A DNA stretch of 64,000 bases from Escherichia coli. Its GTDB lineage: Bacteria; Pseudomonadota; Gammaproteobacteria; Enterobacterales; Enterobacteriaceae. Position numbers and translations under genes: made by a program. The notes beneath the pieces were generated by a model. That model saw only the letters and a program-made list of their open reading frames with translations. It made no database searches and was not told where the DNA came from. The stretch lies in assembly GCF_051903065.1 (NCBI RefSeq), contig NZ_CP178438.1; one strand, written 5' to 3'. Below, piece by piece: positions 1 to 10,855 of the stretch (position 1 is the stretch's first letter; every line of letters begins with the position of its first letter).

Positions 1-652
1 TGACGATTTTCTCGTTGTGAATGGCCGATAAACCAGGGTTGGGTGACATAGCCGTAATAACGCGTCGGGACATTGCGCGTAAACAAGGTCGGCTGCGTCG
101 AAACGTAAAATCCGGCACGCGAGACATACATCGCCTGTTCAACCATCGACGAGGAGTTGTGCGCTAGTCGCAGCAAGTAACCAACTTCCAGTGCAGCGGT
201 AATTTCATTGTCGAGGCTTTCATTTTCGCGAGACAGGAGATTCCCCTCGCTGACTAATGCATCCGACACGCCATTGACTGGCAGGGTGCGCCGTCGGTTG
301 AGTTCGATTTTCCAGGCGTGCTCGTCGCGATGCTGTTCGAACTCGGTTACAGCATCACGCAGAGAGGTGAAATCCAGTGGCGCTACGAGAGCTTCGCGCA
401 TGCCATTACGCAAAAAGATCAGTTTGTCGACGTTATACTGCAAATGCTTATCGAGCGCGTTGGCTACGTTTTCCAGATGATTACGCTGGCTGGAGATATA
501 GGCATCTTCCAGCACTACCACTTCACGCCAGGTGAGCAAGGTGGAAAAAAGCAATACCACGATAAAGCAGAGATTAACGACATGACCAGGCCCCAGGCGG
601 CGTGCGAGTTTTTTCAACCAGCTCTGGTTTTCCATTTTTGTCTCGTGCTGCA
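1..652 (-). CDS. dgcQ: Diguanylate cyclase DgcQ (YedQ), N-terminal part; gene runs off the window start
   Basis: Minus-strand frame open to position 1; my translation from ATG 632-634 reads [36 protein letters not shown] (TM helix then periplasmic domain). In-frame GTG at 650-652 is an alternative start. Not in the ORF track because it has no stop inside the window. Confidence 0.7.
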
Positions 653-740
653 CCCTGACGACTCCCAACCTGCTTTTTTATGATTCTGGCATAACCTGGC
701 GATAGCGTACCGCAAAACAGCGATAATTTTATAATGGTGG

Positions 741-879
741 CATGATAAGACGCGACAGACATCGATAGTTTTGTTTTATAACGTAGGCATGATAAGACGC
801 GATAGCGTCGCATCAGGCAATTCAGTGCAGACACTGGCACACCCGACCGGATGCGACGTGAGCGCCACATCCGGCCTGG
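741..879. repeat. BIME: cluster of REP (repetitive extragenic palindrome) units
   Basis: Repeated GCATGATAAGACGCG...CGTCGCATCAGGCA and CCGGATGCGACG...CCACATCCGGCC palindromic units typical of E. coli REP elements, between yodC and dgcQ. Confidence 0.6.
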
Positions 880-895
880 TGTTAATGATTCCCTT

Positions 896-1078
896 TCAAA
901 CTTCTTCCACAGGACGACTCCCCTCCCCCGGAACAAGCTCGGTTTCATGAAAAGCTTCCCGCTTGACCCCGTAACCGTCATACCAACGACACTCAACCAT
1001 ACCGCTGGAGTATCCAGTGACAATCATCCGCGGGCCGCCCTCTTTAACCGTAACTTCCTCACTAACCATAAAGCTCAT
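896..1078 (-). CDS. yodC: Small conserved protein YodC (60 aa)
   Basis: 60-aa ORF in the expected position between dgcQ and yedI; SD-like GGAGG upstream. Confidence 0.65.
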   Translation of the reverse strand: MSFMVSEEVTVKEGGPRMIVTGYSSGMVECRWYDGYGVKREAFHETELVPGEGSRPVEEV

Positions 1079-1156
1079 ACTCGCCTCCTTTTTTCGAGTG
1101 AAACTTGTTCACCTTAGTTGAAGATGGCGAATTTTGCATAATAGCCTGTGCGAGTA

Positions 1157-2074
1157 TTAATGTGCCTGACCGCGCATTTTCGCTACGGCTTTCACTCCCA
1201 GCACCACGATGCCGCCGATGATAAATCCAAGAATCAGATTTAAAACAGTCGGTAATATCATCGCCACCACTGCACTTTGCTGCCCGGCGAAATGTTCAAT
1301 CGCGTGATGCAGCGGCGCAATACCATGTACAACAATCCCGCCGCCGACGAGGAACATCGCCAGCGTGCCGACAATCGATAACGCTTTCATCAGCCAGGGC
1401 GCGATAATCAATAACCCTTTACCTAATGCCTGCATCAGCGCGCTGGATTTTTCCGCCAGCCAATACCCCAGGTCATCAATCTTAACGATAACCCCTACCA
1501 GACCGTAGACGCCCACGGTCACTACCAGCGCGATGCCTGAAAGCACCAGCACCTGATTAAGCAACGGCGCTTCGGCCACAATCCCCAGCGTGATGGCGAC
1601 GATTTCCGCAGACAATATAAAATCGGTACGAATCGCCCCTTTTATTTTGTCCTTTTCAAACTTCAGCGGATCCTGTGCCGCCAGCTTCTCCAGACGCTGC
1701 TGGCTCTGCGCCGGATCTTCCTTATGTTTACGCGCCTCCAGCATATGCAGCACTTTCTCTACCCCTTCAAAGCAGAGAAACGCGCCACCGATCATCAACA
1801 GAGGCGTAATCGCCCACGGGATAAACGCACTGATAATCAGCGCCAGTGGCACCAGAATCACTTTATTGATCAGCGATCCTTTCGCCACGCCCCAGACCAC
1901 GGGAAGTTCCCGGTTGGCCCTCACGCCTGAAACTTGTTGCGCATTGAGCGATAAGTCATCCCCTAATACACCGGCGGTTTTCTTCGCCGCCAGTTTGCCC
2001 ATCACGGAGATATCGTCCAGCAGTGTGGCGATATCATCGAGCAACGTCAGTAAACTACTCCCGGCCAAAAGCAT
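1157..2074 (-). CDS. yedI: Inner-membrane protein YedI (DUF808)
   Basis: 305-aa ORF with multiple hydrophobic helices; synteny with yedA/vsr/dcm. Confidence 0.8.
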   Translation of the reverse strand: MLLAGSSLLTLLDDIATLLDDISVMGKLAAKKTAGVLGDDLSLNAQQVSGVRANRELPVVWGVAKGSLINKVILVPLALIISAFIPWAITPLLMIGGAFLCFEGVEKVLHMLEARKHKEDPAQSQQRLEKLAAQDPLKFEKDKIKGAIRTDFILSAEIVAITLGIVAEAPLLNQVLVLSGIALVVTVGVYGLVGVIVKIDDLGYWLAEKSSALMQALGKGLLIIAPWLMKALSIVGTLAMFLVGGGIVVHGIAPLHHAIEHFAGQQSAVVAMILPTVLNLILGFIIGGIVVLGVKAVAKMRGQAH

Positions 2075-2246
2075 TCCCTCTCATTTTTATTGTTGAAGGG
2101 TGTAAGTATGAAGCAAAAACGGCAGCTCTGACACTTGCTTCACAGGTCAACATTTTTTTAACAATCAAGTGCAATTATATCTCTCGCCAGCAGAATGATT
2201 TTCACGTTTACTATGAACCACCTTTTTATTTCCACCGTGAGGGATT

Positions 2247-3167
2247 ATGCGTTTCCGCCAGTTATTACCGCTTTTTGGCGCGCTGTTTGCGTTGTATATC
2301 ATTTGGGGCTCAACCTATTTTGTCATTCGGATTGGCGTGGAAAGCTGGCCTCCGTTAATGATGGCGGGCGTTCGATTCCTGGCAGCCGGTATTTTATTGC
2401 TGGCATTTTTGCTACTGCGCGGACACAAACTCCCCCCGCTACGTCCGCTGCTCAATGCCGCGCTGATTGGCCTGTTATTGCTGGCTGTCGGTAATGGCAT
2501 GGTGACGGTTGCCGAACATCAAAATGTTCCTTCCGGCATCGCCGCCGTAGTGGTTGCAACCGTGCCCCTTTTTACCCTGTGCTTCAGCCGCCTGTTTGGC
2601 ATTAAAACGCGCAAACTGGAATGGGTGGGTATTGCCATTGGGCTTGCCGGAATCATCATGCTCAATAGCGGTGGAAATTTAAGCGGCAATCCGTGGGGCG
2701 CGATTCTGATTTTAATCGGCTCGATTAGCTGGGCGTTTGGCTCAGTTTATGGCTCGCGCATTACCTTACCTGTAGGGATGATGGCGGGTGCGATTGAGAT
2801 GCTGGCGGCAGGCGTGGTGTTAATGATCGCGTCGATGATTGCGGGTGAAAAACTGACGGCGCTCCCTTCCCTTTCAGGCTTCCTTGCGGTCGGCTATCTG
2901 GCGCTGTTTGGTTCGATTATCGCCATCAACGCTTATATGTATTTAATCCGTAATGTCAGTCCGGCTCTCGCCACCAGCTACGCTTACGTTAACCCGGTGG
3001 TCGCGGTCTTGCTGGGTACGGGACTGGGCGGAGAGACGTTGTCGAAGATTGAATGGCTGGCGCTCGGCGTAATTGTCTTCGCGGTGGTACTGGTCACGTT
3101 GGGAAAATATCTCTTTCCGGCAAAACCCGTAGTTGCGCCAGTTATTCAGGACGCATCAAGCGAGTAA
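2247..3167 (+). CDS. yedA: EamA/DMT-family transporter YedA
   Basis: 306-aa polytopic membrane protein with duplicated EamA-like halves; synteny. Confidence 0.8.
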   Translation: MRFRQLLPLFGALFALYIIWGSTYFVIRIGVESWPPLMMAGVRFLAAGILLLAFLLLRGHKLPPLRPLLNAALIGLLLLAVGNGMVTVAEHQNVPSGIAAVVVATVPLFTLCFSRLFGIKTRKLEWVGIAIGLAGIIMLNSGGNLSGNPWGAILILIGSISWAFGSVYGSRITLPVGMMAGAIEMLAAGVVLMIASMIAGEKLTALPSLSGFLAVGYLALFGSIIAINAYMYLIRNVSPALATSYAYVNPVVAVLLGTGLGGETLSKIEWLALGVIVFAVVLVTLGKYLFPAKPVVAPVIQDASSE

Positions 3168-3626
3168 ATGTATCCCCTGCGTGTCGATCTGCGCGCTGGC
3201 ACCTTCGCCGCAGATCCACTCTTCCAGACGCTCGGTAAGCGCTTCATCCGTCAGCTTCTCGCGCCCACGTAACGCGCACTCCCAGACAATCAATACGCGC
3301 CAGCCGAGTTCCTGCAAGCGACTGATATCGCGGCGATCGCGCTCAACATTTTTACCTATCTTCTCCAGCCAGAACTCGGTTCGAGTCGCAGGCACTTTAA
3401 ACAGATAGCAGTGATGATGGTGCCAGAAGCAGCCGTGGGTAAATATCACGCAACAATATTCATCAACGACAAAATCCGGGCGTCCGGGCAGACTGGCGTC
3501 CTGAACGCGAAACGCCAGGCCCTGCCCGGTTAACAGACTGGCGAGGCGCTTCTCTATCGCCGTATTACGCGTGGCAATCGCGCGCATATTTTTGCTGCGA
3601 GTGGCCTTATCGTGAACGTCGGCCAT
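3156..3626 (-). CDS. vsr: Very-short-patch repair endonuclease Vsr
   Basis: 156 aa beginning [22 protein letters not shown]; start ATG at 3624-3626 lies inside the dcm 3' end (20-bp overlap). The track's 210-aa ORF is an upstream in-frame extension. Confidence 0.9.
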   Translation of the reverse strand: MADVHDKATRSKNMRAIATRNTAIEKRLASLLTGQGLAFRVQDASLPGRPDFVVDEYCCVIFTHGCFWHHHHCYLFKVPATRTEFWLEKIGKNVERDRRDISRLQELGWRVLIVWECALRGREKLTDEALTERLEEWICGEGASAQIDTQGIHLLA

Positions 3627-5025
3627 GTTGTGCCTCTTGCTGACGCAACGCCACCGCCTGTTTGATTTTTGGCTCAAGCAGTTTTGCCACCGCGGCAAAG
3701 ACCGGCACGACCACCGAGTTACCGAGCTGGCGATAGGCCTGAGTGTCCGAAACCGGAATGCGGAATTTCGCTTCTCCCGGCGCTTCAAAACCCATTAAGC
3801 GCGCACATTCCCGAGGCGTTAACCGACGTGGACGATGTTGCTGATTCAGCGGATCGTCAAAGTCTTTCTCACCCGTGGCCATATCCCAGCCGCGATCGAT
3901 TAAAATTTCCGCGCCATCTTTGTAATAACGCGCAGACAGCGTACGCGTGACGCTTTGCGGATTGTTCGGATAAACCATTCCATAACCGAAGCCGTTACCG
4001 CGCGCCTGATGTTTTTTCGCATAACGATAGAGGTACTTCCACAGCACCGGCGTCAGGATATATTTCGCCTCGACCATCGGGTCCAGCAGCTGCGCCAGCG
4101 TCACTCGCTGTGCAGGGAAACATTCGCTGATATCACGCAGAGTAAAATCGGCTTTCAGATTAAGATCGCGACGAAAACCCACCAGCACGATGCGTTCACG
4201 GTGCTGCGGCAGGAAATGTTTACCATCGATGATTTTCGGATCGTCCGGCCCGTTATCTTCTGCATCAGCCACGTCATAGCCCAGTTCGTCCAGCGTCTGC
4301 ATGATGATGCGGAACGTTTTTCCTTTATCGTGACTTTTCAGGTTTTTGACGTTTTCGAGCACAAACATCGCCGGACGACGCGCGTCGATAATACGCACCA
4401 CATCAAAGAACAGCGTGCCCTGGGTATCGCAGGCAAAACCGTGCGCCCGCCCGAGCGAGTTCTTTTTCGATACGCCAGCCAGCGAAAATGGCTGACAAGG
4501 GAAACCGGCCAGTAAAACATCGTGTTCAGGAATGTGTTGACGAATATGTTCCGCCGCCGCCTCATCACTCACGCCTTCTTTATGGCTGAGGGTGATGTCG
4601 CGGATATCTTCATTAAAATGATGCGTCGCCGGGTCGCAATAATGATTGGCTTTATAAGTGCGTACCGCATGTTTGTTCCATTCGCTGGTAAACACGCACT
4701 GTCCGCCAATCGATTCAAAACCGCGACGGATGCCGCCAATTCCGGCAAATAGATCGATAAAGCGAAACGCATAATGCGGATGATGTGCCGGTGGTTTGGG
4801 TAACAACGTTTGCAGATGGGCGAACTCTTTCTCACTTAAACGGTGCCATGCCGAGTCATTCGCCAGCGCACGTTTTAAAATTGCCGCGCTCCAGTGATTC
4901 TCACCCACACCATTAAGCTGCGCCACCAGCGTTTTAACATCATAAATTTGCAGCAGTTTCTCCAGCATTGCCTGTGCGGCATTCCCGGTGCTGTATGAAT
5001 CGGTTACTGATATATTTTCCTGCAT
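3607..5025 (-). CDS. dcm: DNA-cytosine methyltransferase Dcm (CCWGG)
   Basis: 472 aa with C5-MTase motifs DLFAGIGG (motif I) and GFPCQPFS (motif IV catalytic Cys). Confidence 0.92.
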   Translation of the reverse strand: MQENISVTDSYSTGNAAQAMLEKLLQIYDVKTLVAQLNGVGENHWSAAILKRALANDSAWHRLSEKEFAHLQTLLPKPPAHHPHYAFRFIDLFAGIGGIRRGFESIGGQCVFTSEWNKHAVRTYKANHYCDPATHHFNEDIRDITLSHKEGVSDEAAAEHIRQHIPEHDVLLAGFPCQPFSLAGVSKKNSLGRAHGFACDTQGTLFFDVVRIIDARRPAMFVLENVKNLKSHDKGKTFRIIMQTLDELGYDVADAEDNGPDDPKIIDGKHFLPQHRERIVLVGFRRDLNLKADFTLRDISECFPAQRVTLAQLLDPMVEAKYILTPVLWKYLYRYAKKHQARGNGFGYGMVYPNNPQSVTRTLSARYYKDGAEILIDRGWDMATGEKDFDDPLNQQHRPRRLTPRECARLMGFEAPGEAKFRIPVSDTQAYRQLGNSVVVPVFAAVAKLLEPKIKQAVALRQQEAQHGRRSR

Positions 5026-5091
5026 AGATTTAACCGGCCATCTGAGATGGTCGACAGGTTAACATAATTACAGCCATTTAGGGCCACGCGC

Positions 5092-5787
5092 TCAGCCCGC
5101 GGGTGAAAACGCATCTATCACCTTGTGATCGACACCTTCATTCTCCCCCGCCAGTTCGGCACTGAGCTTCGCCATAAACTCGACTAAAAATTGCGCGTTG
5201 TGCTGCGCCAGCTGCTTGCCTCTTGCGGTTTGCATGGTTTGCGGTAGCTTCAGCAACTTAGTCTGGAAATGATCCAGCGCGTAGCGTTTATCATCAAGCG
5301 GGCGATGCTGTGCGAACGGATCTTCACCATCAAACAGCGCCATGCCCAATGCCCCTGAAACGGCAAACACGCGCGCCAGGCCAATCGCCCCCAGGGCTTC
5401 CAGCCGATCCGCATCCTGGACGATTTTAGCTTCCGTTGTTAAGGGGGCGATTTGCGCGCTGAAACTGTGAGCGGCAATGGCATGACAAACGGCCTCGATT
5501 TTCTCCGCCGGAAATTGCTCGAACTCTTCACGGAGCAGGCGACGCGTCTCTTCTGCCGCCAGGATTGAAGAACGCTGCCGTTGCGGATGATTTTTCGCCA
5601 GACTCACAATATCGTGGAAATAACAGGCGGTTAAAATCACCAGCATATCGACGTCATCATCTGCCGCCAGCTTCTGTGCCGTAGCCCAGACGCGGCGAAA
5701 ATGACACACGTCATGGGCCGCGTCCTGGTGCTGATGATGGTTTTTCAACCAGTTTTCGAACTGTGCCTGCCAGTGTTGTAAGTCCAT
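5092..5787 (-). CDS. yedJ: HD-domain phosphohydrolase YedJ
   Basis: 231-aa ORF; synteny downstream of dcm. Confidence 0.75.
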   Translation of the reverse strand: MDLQHWQAQFENWLKNHHQHQDAAHDVCHFRRVWATAQKLAADDDVDMLVILTACYFHDIVSLAKNHPQRQRSSILAAEETRRLLREEFEQFPAEKIEAVCHAIAAHSFSAQIAPLTTEAKIVQDADRLEALGAIGLARVFAVSGALGMALFDGEDPFAQHRPLDDKRYALDHFQTKLLKLPQTMQTARGKQLAQHNAQFLVEFMAKLSAELAGENEGVDHKVIDAFSPAG

Positions 5788-5826
5788 ACGCGCTCCGTTG
5801 CCAAAGAGTCGCCACCTTAGCAGTTT

Positions 5827-6210
5827 TTATTCATAGCGTCTGCTACGTGCGGGACGAGGTCGGGTGTACCAGGCAATGCTGCCTAACAATGCCCCGACCA
5901 GAGCCATAAATAAAAATCCGACCAGTGCCCCTAACCACTTTCCCGCGGTAGAGCCTAAATCGCTTTCAAATCCCGACACGGGGGCATCGGGGATCCGGCT
6001 CATCACCCAGATGTAACGCGCCATTGCCCAGACGAAATAGCCACACCATGTATAGAAAGCCCACAAAGCCAGTTTGCCGCCAGGGCTGCGAGAGAGTCTC
6101 TCTTCCATCTTTGTCGAACCGTATTCCATTTTGAGATAACCCGGAAAATTCAGACTTAGTACTATTATGTGATAAAAGTCACATTTTTCCACATTGAATG
6201 AGCCAGTCAA
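5827..6210 (-). CDS. yedR: Small inner-membrane protein YedR
   Basis: 127-aa ORF with two hydrophobic helices; exact start uncertain. Confidence 0.6.
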   Translation of the reverse strand: MTGSFNVEKCDFYHIIVLSLNFPGYLKMEYGSTKMEERLSRSPGGKLALWAFYTWCGYFVWAMARYIWVMSRIPDAPVSGFESDLGSTAGKWLGALVGFLFMALVGALLGSIAWYTRPRPARSRRYE

Positions 6211-6355
6211 GACTCAATCATTTTTTGAACAAATAGATAAATTTTGCGCAACGGCAGTGAATACAGGAAAAATCGTTTTGAGCGATTTTATTTATCTTTG
6301 ATATCGGCTTTATTAATTCATTTAATCAATATATTAGCACTGAATACAATTATAC

Positions 6356-6446
6356 CTTTTTATTTTTCTGTGTCATGATGCCTCCGTTATTAGCCTTTTA
6401 TCGTCTTGTTTATATTTTTTGGGCCGGCATGATGCCGGCTTTTTTT
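6356..6446 (+). ncRNA. rseX: Putative RseX small RNA (yedR-yedS intergenic)
   Basis: Intrinsic terminator GCCGGCA-TGA-TGCCGGC plus T7 ending at 6446; RseX is known to lie between yedR and yedS. The 5' end is an estimate. Confidence 0.4.
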
Positions 6447-6757
6447 ATGCCTTCATTAATGTGCGCGTGATCACACCAGCCGTTTAGCGCAACAATCATT
6501 GATACCCCCTATCTTTCCGCTCAACTCATAACATATTGATATGCATTTATAATCTTCATGAATGCTTATATTTAGAATTCATAATTCTGAATTATATTAA
6601 ATAGATTGGAAACATTTTGAAATCTTTTAAATATATTTGTTACATGTAATCCTTAAAATAAAATGAACTTCATAGAATAGTATCCAAATGTGCTTTTTTT
6701 TGGATAACGGCACTTATTGATATATTCATGAAGATTATAATCACAAGGGAATACATA

Positions 6758-7945
6758 ATGAAAAGAAAAGTTCTGGCAATGCTGGTCCCGGCGTTATTAG
6801 TTGCTGGCGCAGCAAATGCGGCTGAAATTTATAATAAAGATGGCAATAAACTGGATTTGTACGGAAAAGTAGCGGGCCTGCACTACTTCTCTGATGATGC
6901 TGGCAGCGATGGCGACATGTCATATGCCCGTATCGGTTTCAAAGGTGAAACTCAGATCGCTGACCAATTCACTGGTTATGGTCAGTGGGAATTTAACATT
7001 GGCGCAAACGGTCCTGAAAGCGACAAGGGTAATACCGCAACGCGTCTGGCATTTGCAGGTTTCGGCTTTGGTCAGAATGGTACTTTCGACTATGGTCGTA
7101 ACTACGGTGTCGTATATGACGTAGAAGCATGGACCGATATGCTGCCAGAATTTGGTGGCGATACCTATGCTGGCGCTGACAACTTCATGAACGGTCGTGC
7201 TAATGGTGTTGCAACCTACCGTAACAATGGCTTCTTTGGTCAGGTCGATGGCCTGAACTTTGCTCTGCAATATCAGGGTAATAATGAAGATGATGGATTA
7301 TTCGGTCAGGAAGGTTCTGGTAACGGTAATGGCCGTAAGTTAGCTAAAGAGAACGGCGACGGCTTCGGTATGTCCACTTCCTATGACTTCGACTTCGGTT
7401 TAAGTCTGGGTGCTGCATATTCTAACTCTGACCGTACCGACAATCAGGTTCACAAAGGTACTCATAACACTCGTTATGGAGATCGCTTCGATGCAACTGC
7501 TGGCGGTGAAACAGCAGAAGCATGGACCGTTGGTGCTAAATACGACGCTAATAACGTTTACTTAGCAGCTATGTATGCTGAAACCCGTAACATGACTGGT
7601 TACGGTGATGCTGATGCCATCGCTAACAAAACCCAAAACTTTGAAGTTGTTGCTCAGTATCAGTTCGACTTTGGTCTGCGCCCGTCCATCGCTTACCTGC
7701 AATCTAAAGGTAAGGATTTAGGCGGTGTAAATAGTGATAACTTCGACAGCCAGGGTAATCATCACTACACCAACAAAGATCTGGTTAAATATGTTGATAT
7801 TGGTATGACCTACTACTTCAACAAAAACATGTCCACCTATGTTGATTACAAAATCAACCTGCTGGACAACGACGACGACTTCTACAAAGAAAACGGCATC
7901 GCTACCGATGATATCGTTGCTGTGGGCTTAGTCTACCAGTTCTAA
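6758..7945 (+). CDS. yedS: Outer-membrane general porin (OmpC/OmpF family), intact YedS-type
   Basis: Signal peptide [21 protein letters not shown], porin N-terminus [16 protein letters not shown] and C-terminal ...VGLVYQF; RBS AAGGGA 8 nt upstream of ATG 6758. The track's ORF starts at an upstream ATG (6728). Confidence 0.8.
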   Translation: MKRKVLAMLVPALLVAGAANAAEIYNKDGNKLDLYGKVAGLHYFSDDAGSDGDMSYARIGFKGETQIADQFTGYGQWEFNIGANGPESDKGNTATRLAFAGFGFGQNGTFDYGRNYGVVYDVEAWTDMLPEFGGDTYAGADNFMNGRANGVATYRNNGFFGQVDGLNFALQYQGNNEDDGLFGQEGSGNGNGRKLAKENGDGFGMSTSYDFDFGLSLGAAYSNSDRTDNQVHKGTHNTRYGDRFDATAGGETAEAWTVGAKYDANNVYLAAMYAETRNMTGYGDADAIANKTQNFEVVAQYQFDFGLRPSIAYLQSKGKDLGGVNSDNFDSQGNHHYTNKDLVKYVDIGMTYYFNKNMSTYVDYKINLLDNDDDFYKENGIATDDIVAVGLVYQF

Positions 7946-7987
7946 TCAGCCAACTCGCTGCGGCGTGTTACTGTAAAACTGAACACT

Positions 7988-8026
7988 AGCCTGAGTTCGT
8001 CCCTCATCGAACTCAGGCTTTTTTAT
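7988..8026 (+). terminator. Intrinsic terminator of yedS
   Basis: AGCCTGAGTTCG...CGAACTCAGGCT 12-bp stem followed by TTTTTTATT. Confidence 0.65.
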
Positions 8027-8537
8027 TGACATTTCATCTCCCTCTGCGGCACACGCAATTGCCAAAGCATATCGATACACCACCTTACCCTGCCCCTCCT
8101 GGCACAATATCTTCTACCAGCTACTCTTCCAGCCAACACCCCAAATACATTTCTTTATGAATTAATCCGCAACAAACACACTTCCCATATAGAAATATTT
8201 GCAAAAATAGTGCATGAAAAAAGCTTTTTCTCTGCCAATCCTGGATATAAATATTCATCAGCACCACAATATTCCACAGCACTAAATCTCTCCCCGCCAC
8301 CCCGTACCTCTGATAATGGTCTAAAATCATTGAGGCCACTTGCGACGACGTTGCTCAATAAGGAAAATTTGGCGTGAATAATATTCAACACCAGTGCAGC
8401 ATCATCATTACATACTTACACCCGCCGACTACCGCTTTCGATATATTGACTCAATTTTCCAGCCTGGTTAAAAATAGCGACCAGCTCAGTCGCAAATATA
8501 GTGACTACCCTAACTAAGCAACAATAAGGAATACACT

Positions 8538-9389
8538 ATGACTGTTCAAACAAGTAAAAATCCGCAGGTCGATATTGCTGAAGATAATGCATTCTTCCCT
8601 TCAGAATATTCGCTTAGCCAATATACCAGTCCTGTCTCTGATCTTGATGGCGTGGACTATCCAAAACCTTATCGCGGTAAACATAAAATTCTGGTGATCG
8701 CCGCGGACGAACGTTATTTGCCGACCGATAACGGAAAACTGTTCTCGACCGGTAACCATCCGATTGAAACGTTGCTGCCGTTGTATCATCTCCATGCTGC
8801 AGGTTTCGAATTCGAAGTGGCGACCATTTCCGGTCTGATGACCAAGTTTGAATACTGGGCTATGCCGCACAAAGATGAAAAAGTAATGCCATTCTTTGAG
8901 CAGCATAAATCGTTGTTCCGCAATCCGAAGAAACTCGCGGATGTTGTCGCCAGCCTCAACGCTGATAGCGAATATGCAGCAATCTTTGTTCCTGGTGGTC
9001 ATGGCGCACTTATTGGTTTACCTGAAAGCCAGGACGTAGCTGCCGCTTTACAGTGGGCAATCAAAAATGACCGTTTTGTTATCTCCCTTTGCCACGGCCC
9101 GGCGGCTTTTCTGGCGCTTCGCCACGGCGATAACCCACTGAATGGTTATTCCATTTGCGCATTCCCAGACGCCGCAGACAAACAAACGCCAGAGATTGGC
9201 TATATGCCGGGTCATCTCACCTGGTACTTCGGCGAAGAGCTGAAGAAAATGGGCATGAACATTATTAATGACGACATCACCGGGCGAGTACATAAGGACC
9301 GTAAAGTTCTCACCGGCGACAGTCCTTTCGCAGCGAATGCGTTGGGTAAACTGGCGGCGCAGGAAATGCTGGCAGCTTACGCGGGTTAA
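8538..9389 (+). CDS. hchA: Hsp31 glyoxalase / protein deglycase HchA (DJ-1/PfpI family)
   Basis: 283 aa; recognised sequence MTVQTSKNPQVDIAEDNAFFPSEYSLSQYTSP... Confidence 0.9.
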   Translation: MTVQTSKNPQVDIAEDNAFFPSEYSLSQYTSPVSDLDGVDYPKPYRGKHKILVIAADERYLPTDNGKLFSTGNHPIETLLPLYHLHAAGFEFEVATISGLMTKFEYWAMPHKDEKVMPFFEQHKSLFRNPKKLADVVASLNADSEYAAIFVPGGHGALIGLPESQDVAAALQWAIKNDRFVISLCHGPAAFLALRHGDNPLNGYSICAFPDAADKQTPEIGYMPGHLTWYFGEELKKMGMNIINDDITGRVHKDRKVLTGDSPFAANALGKLAAQEMLAAYAG

Positions 9390-9424
9390 TCCCTGTTACG
9401 TTTGAATGTAAGCGCATAATCAAT

Positions 9425-9465
9425 CGCAGCCGCGTTAGTATTCACGACGTGGCTGCGTTTTTTCA
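9425..9465 (+). terminator. Hairpin plus T-run between convergent hchA and hprS
   Basis: CGCAGCC...GGCTGCG stem followed by TTTTTT. Confidence 0.45.
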
Positions 9466-9496
9466 CGGTTAATTTATGGCGTACTGAAGCCCTATG

Positions 9497-10855
9497 TTAA
9501 TTTCTTTGCGGCAACGTAATCCGGAACACATTATGCTTATTGAGATAGTGATACGTAGCACTTCCCCCATGTAATTCGGCAATCGCTTTGACTAAAGAAA
9601 GGCCTAGTCCCTGACCTACGGAATGACGCGAATTATCTCCCCGCCAAAATCTACGGAAGAGTTTTTCAGGCTCATTAATTTTCGTTCCAGGGCTGGCGAT
9701 ATCAATATTAAGATAGCTGTTGGTATCAAGAAAACTGGTTATATGAATACGCGATTTTTCTGGCGAATATCGAATAGCGTTAACAATAAGATTCGATAAC
9801 ATTCGTTGCAGTAAAATTTTATCCGCAAAGATTTGCTGATTGCACTCGACCTTAAAGCAAATCTCTTTCTCGTCTGAAAGATATTCAAGATAGTCCAACA
9901 AATTTTCGACTTCCTTATTGAGAGAAAGCGAGTCCAGTTTCACCAAAACATTGTTTTTATCTGCCCTGGCAAGAAACAGTATGTTCTCTGTTAACCGCGA
10001 AATATTTTCCAGTTCTTCAATGTTACCGGCAATTGTTTTTTGATATTCAGCGATACTTCTGGTTTGACTGAGCGTAACCTGATTCTGACCCAGTAATGCA
10101 TTAATTGGCGTTCTAAGTTCATGAGCGAGATCGTCAGCAAACTGACTTAGACGCTCAAAATCTTTGACTAAAGCATGATGCATTTTATTCAACGCCTGCC
10201 CAAGAGGTTTTAGTTCTCTCGGTAATGCGCTAACCTCAACAGGCTCCCGGCTATCGTTATAATTCAGCGCTTCCGTTACACCACTCAACTTTTTGATCTC
10301 TCGTAACCCCGTTCGGATTAACAGCGGACTTAATACTGAGCACAGTATAATGGCGACAATGCAAATTATAATGCTATTGATTTTATACTGTTCAAGCATG
10401 TTATGTCTGGCTGAAGCCAATTTAGCCACAGTAACCGTTAATGATGGCGAAACTTCATCAATATTAATTCGTAAAGCATCTATCTCTGTATCATTAATAA
10501 TGCTTCTGTAAATGCCAGCTGCGCTGATTGTCTCACTAGCAGGTATGTTATTTAACATGCCATCACTGACATTTGTCCGGTTAACAATTTTATTGATGCT
10601 ATCACCATGAATGATCAAGATATCCTGACTAACATCCATCATCCGGTTAAAGTACACAGGTAACGTATCTGGATTTACCCCATCAATTAACAACTGCTTG
10701 ATCTGTGCTGTCCGGTTAATGAGTGTTGTATCATCGCGCCATTTCAACTCACTTGCCAGGCCATTATAGAGAGTCCAGACAATTCCGGCGCCAGCAACAG
10801 ACAGCAGCAATATAAAAAGCAAGGTTAAACGGACGGTTATAGATAATCTTTTCAT
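9497..10855 (-). CDS. hprS: Sensor histidine kinase HprS (YedV)
   Basis: 452 aa; two TM segments, HisKA motif AHELRTPINAL, C-terminal ATPase G-boxes; stop overlaps hprR. Confidence 0.85.
   Translation of the reverse strand: MKRLSITVRLTLLFILLLSVAGAGIVWTLYNGLASELKWRDDTTLINRTAQIKQLLIDGVNPDTLPVYFNRMMDVSQDILIIHGDSINKIVNRTNVSDGMLNNIPASETISAAGIYRSIINDTEIDALRINIDEVSPSLTVTVAKLASARHNMLEQYKINSIIICIVAIILCSVLSPLLIRTGLREIKKLSGVTEALNYNDSREPVEVSALPRELKPLGQALNKMHHALVKDFERLSQFADDLAHELRTPINALLGQNQVTLSQTRSIAEYQKTIAGNIEELENISRLTENILFLARADKNNVLVKLDSLSLNKEVENLLDYLEYLSDEKEICFKVECNQQIFADKILLQRMLSNLIVNAIRYSPEKSRIHITSFLDTNSYLNIDIASPGTKINEPEKLFRRFWRGDNSRHSVGQGLGLSLVKAIAELHGGSATYHYLNKHNVFRITLPQRN

Noticed and set aside
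574-1023. 149-aa minus-strand ORF spanning the BIME and overlapping yodC
   Set aside because: It runs through REP palindromes and overlaps a conserved small gene; no RBS; likely spurious.
3156-3788. 210-aa version of vsr given by the ORF track
   Set aside because: The upstream 54 codons lie inside dcm in another frame; Vsr is 156 aa and begins at MADVHDK (3626).
3955-4515. 186-aa plus-strand ORF
   Set aside because: Antisense within dcm; no independent support.
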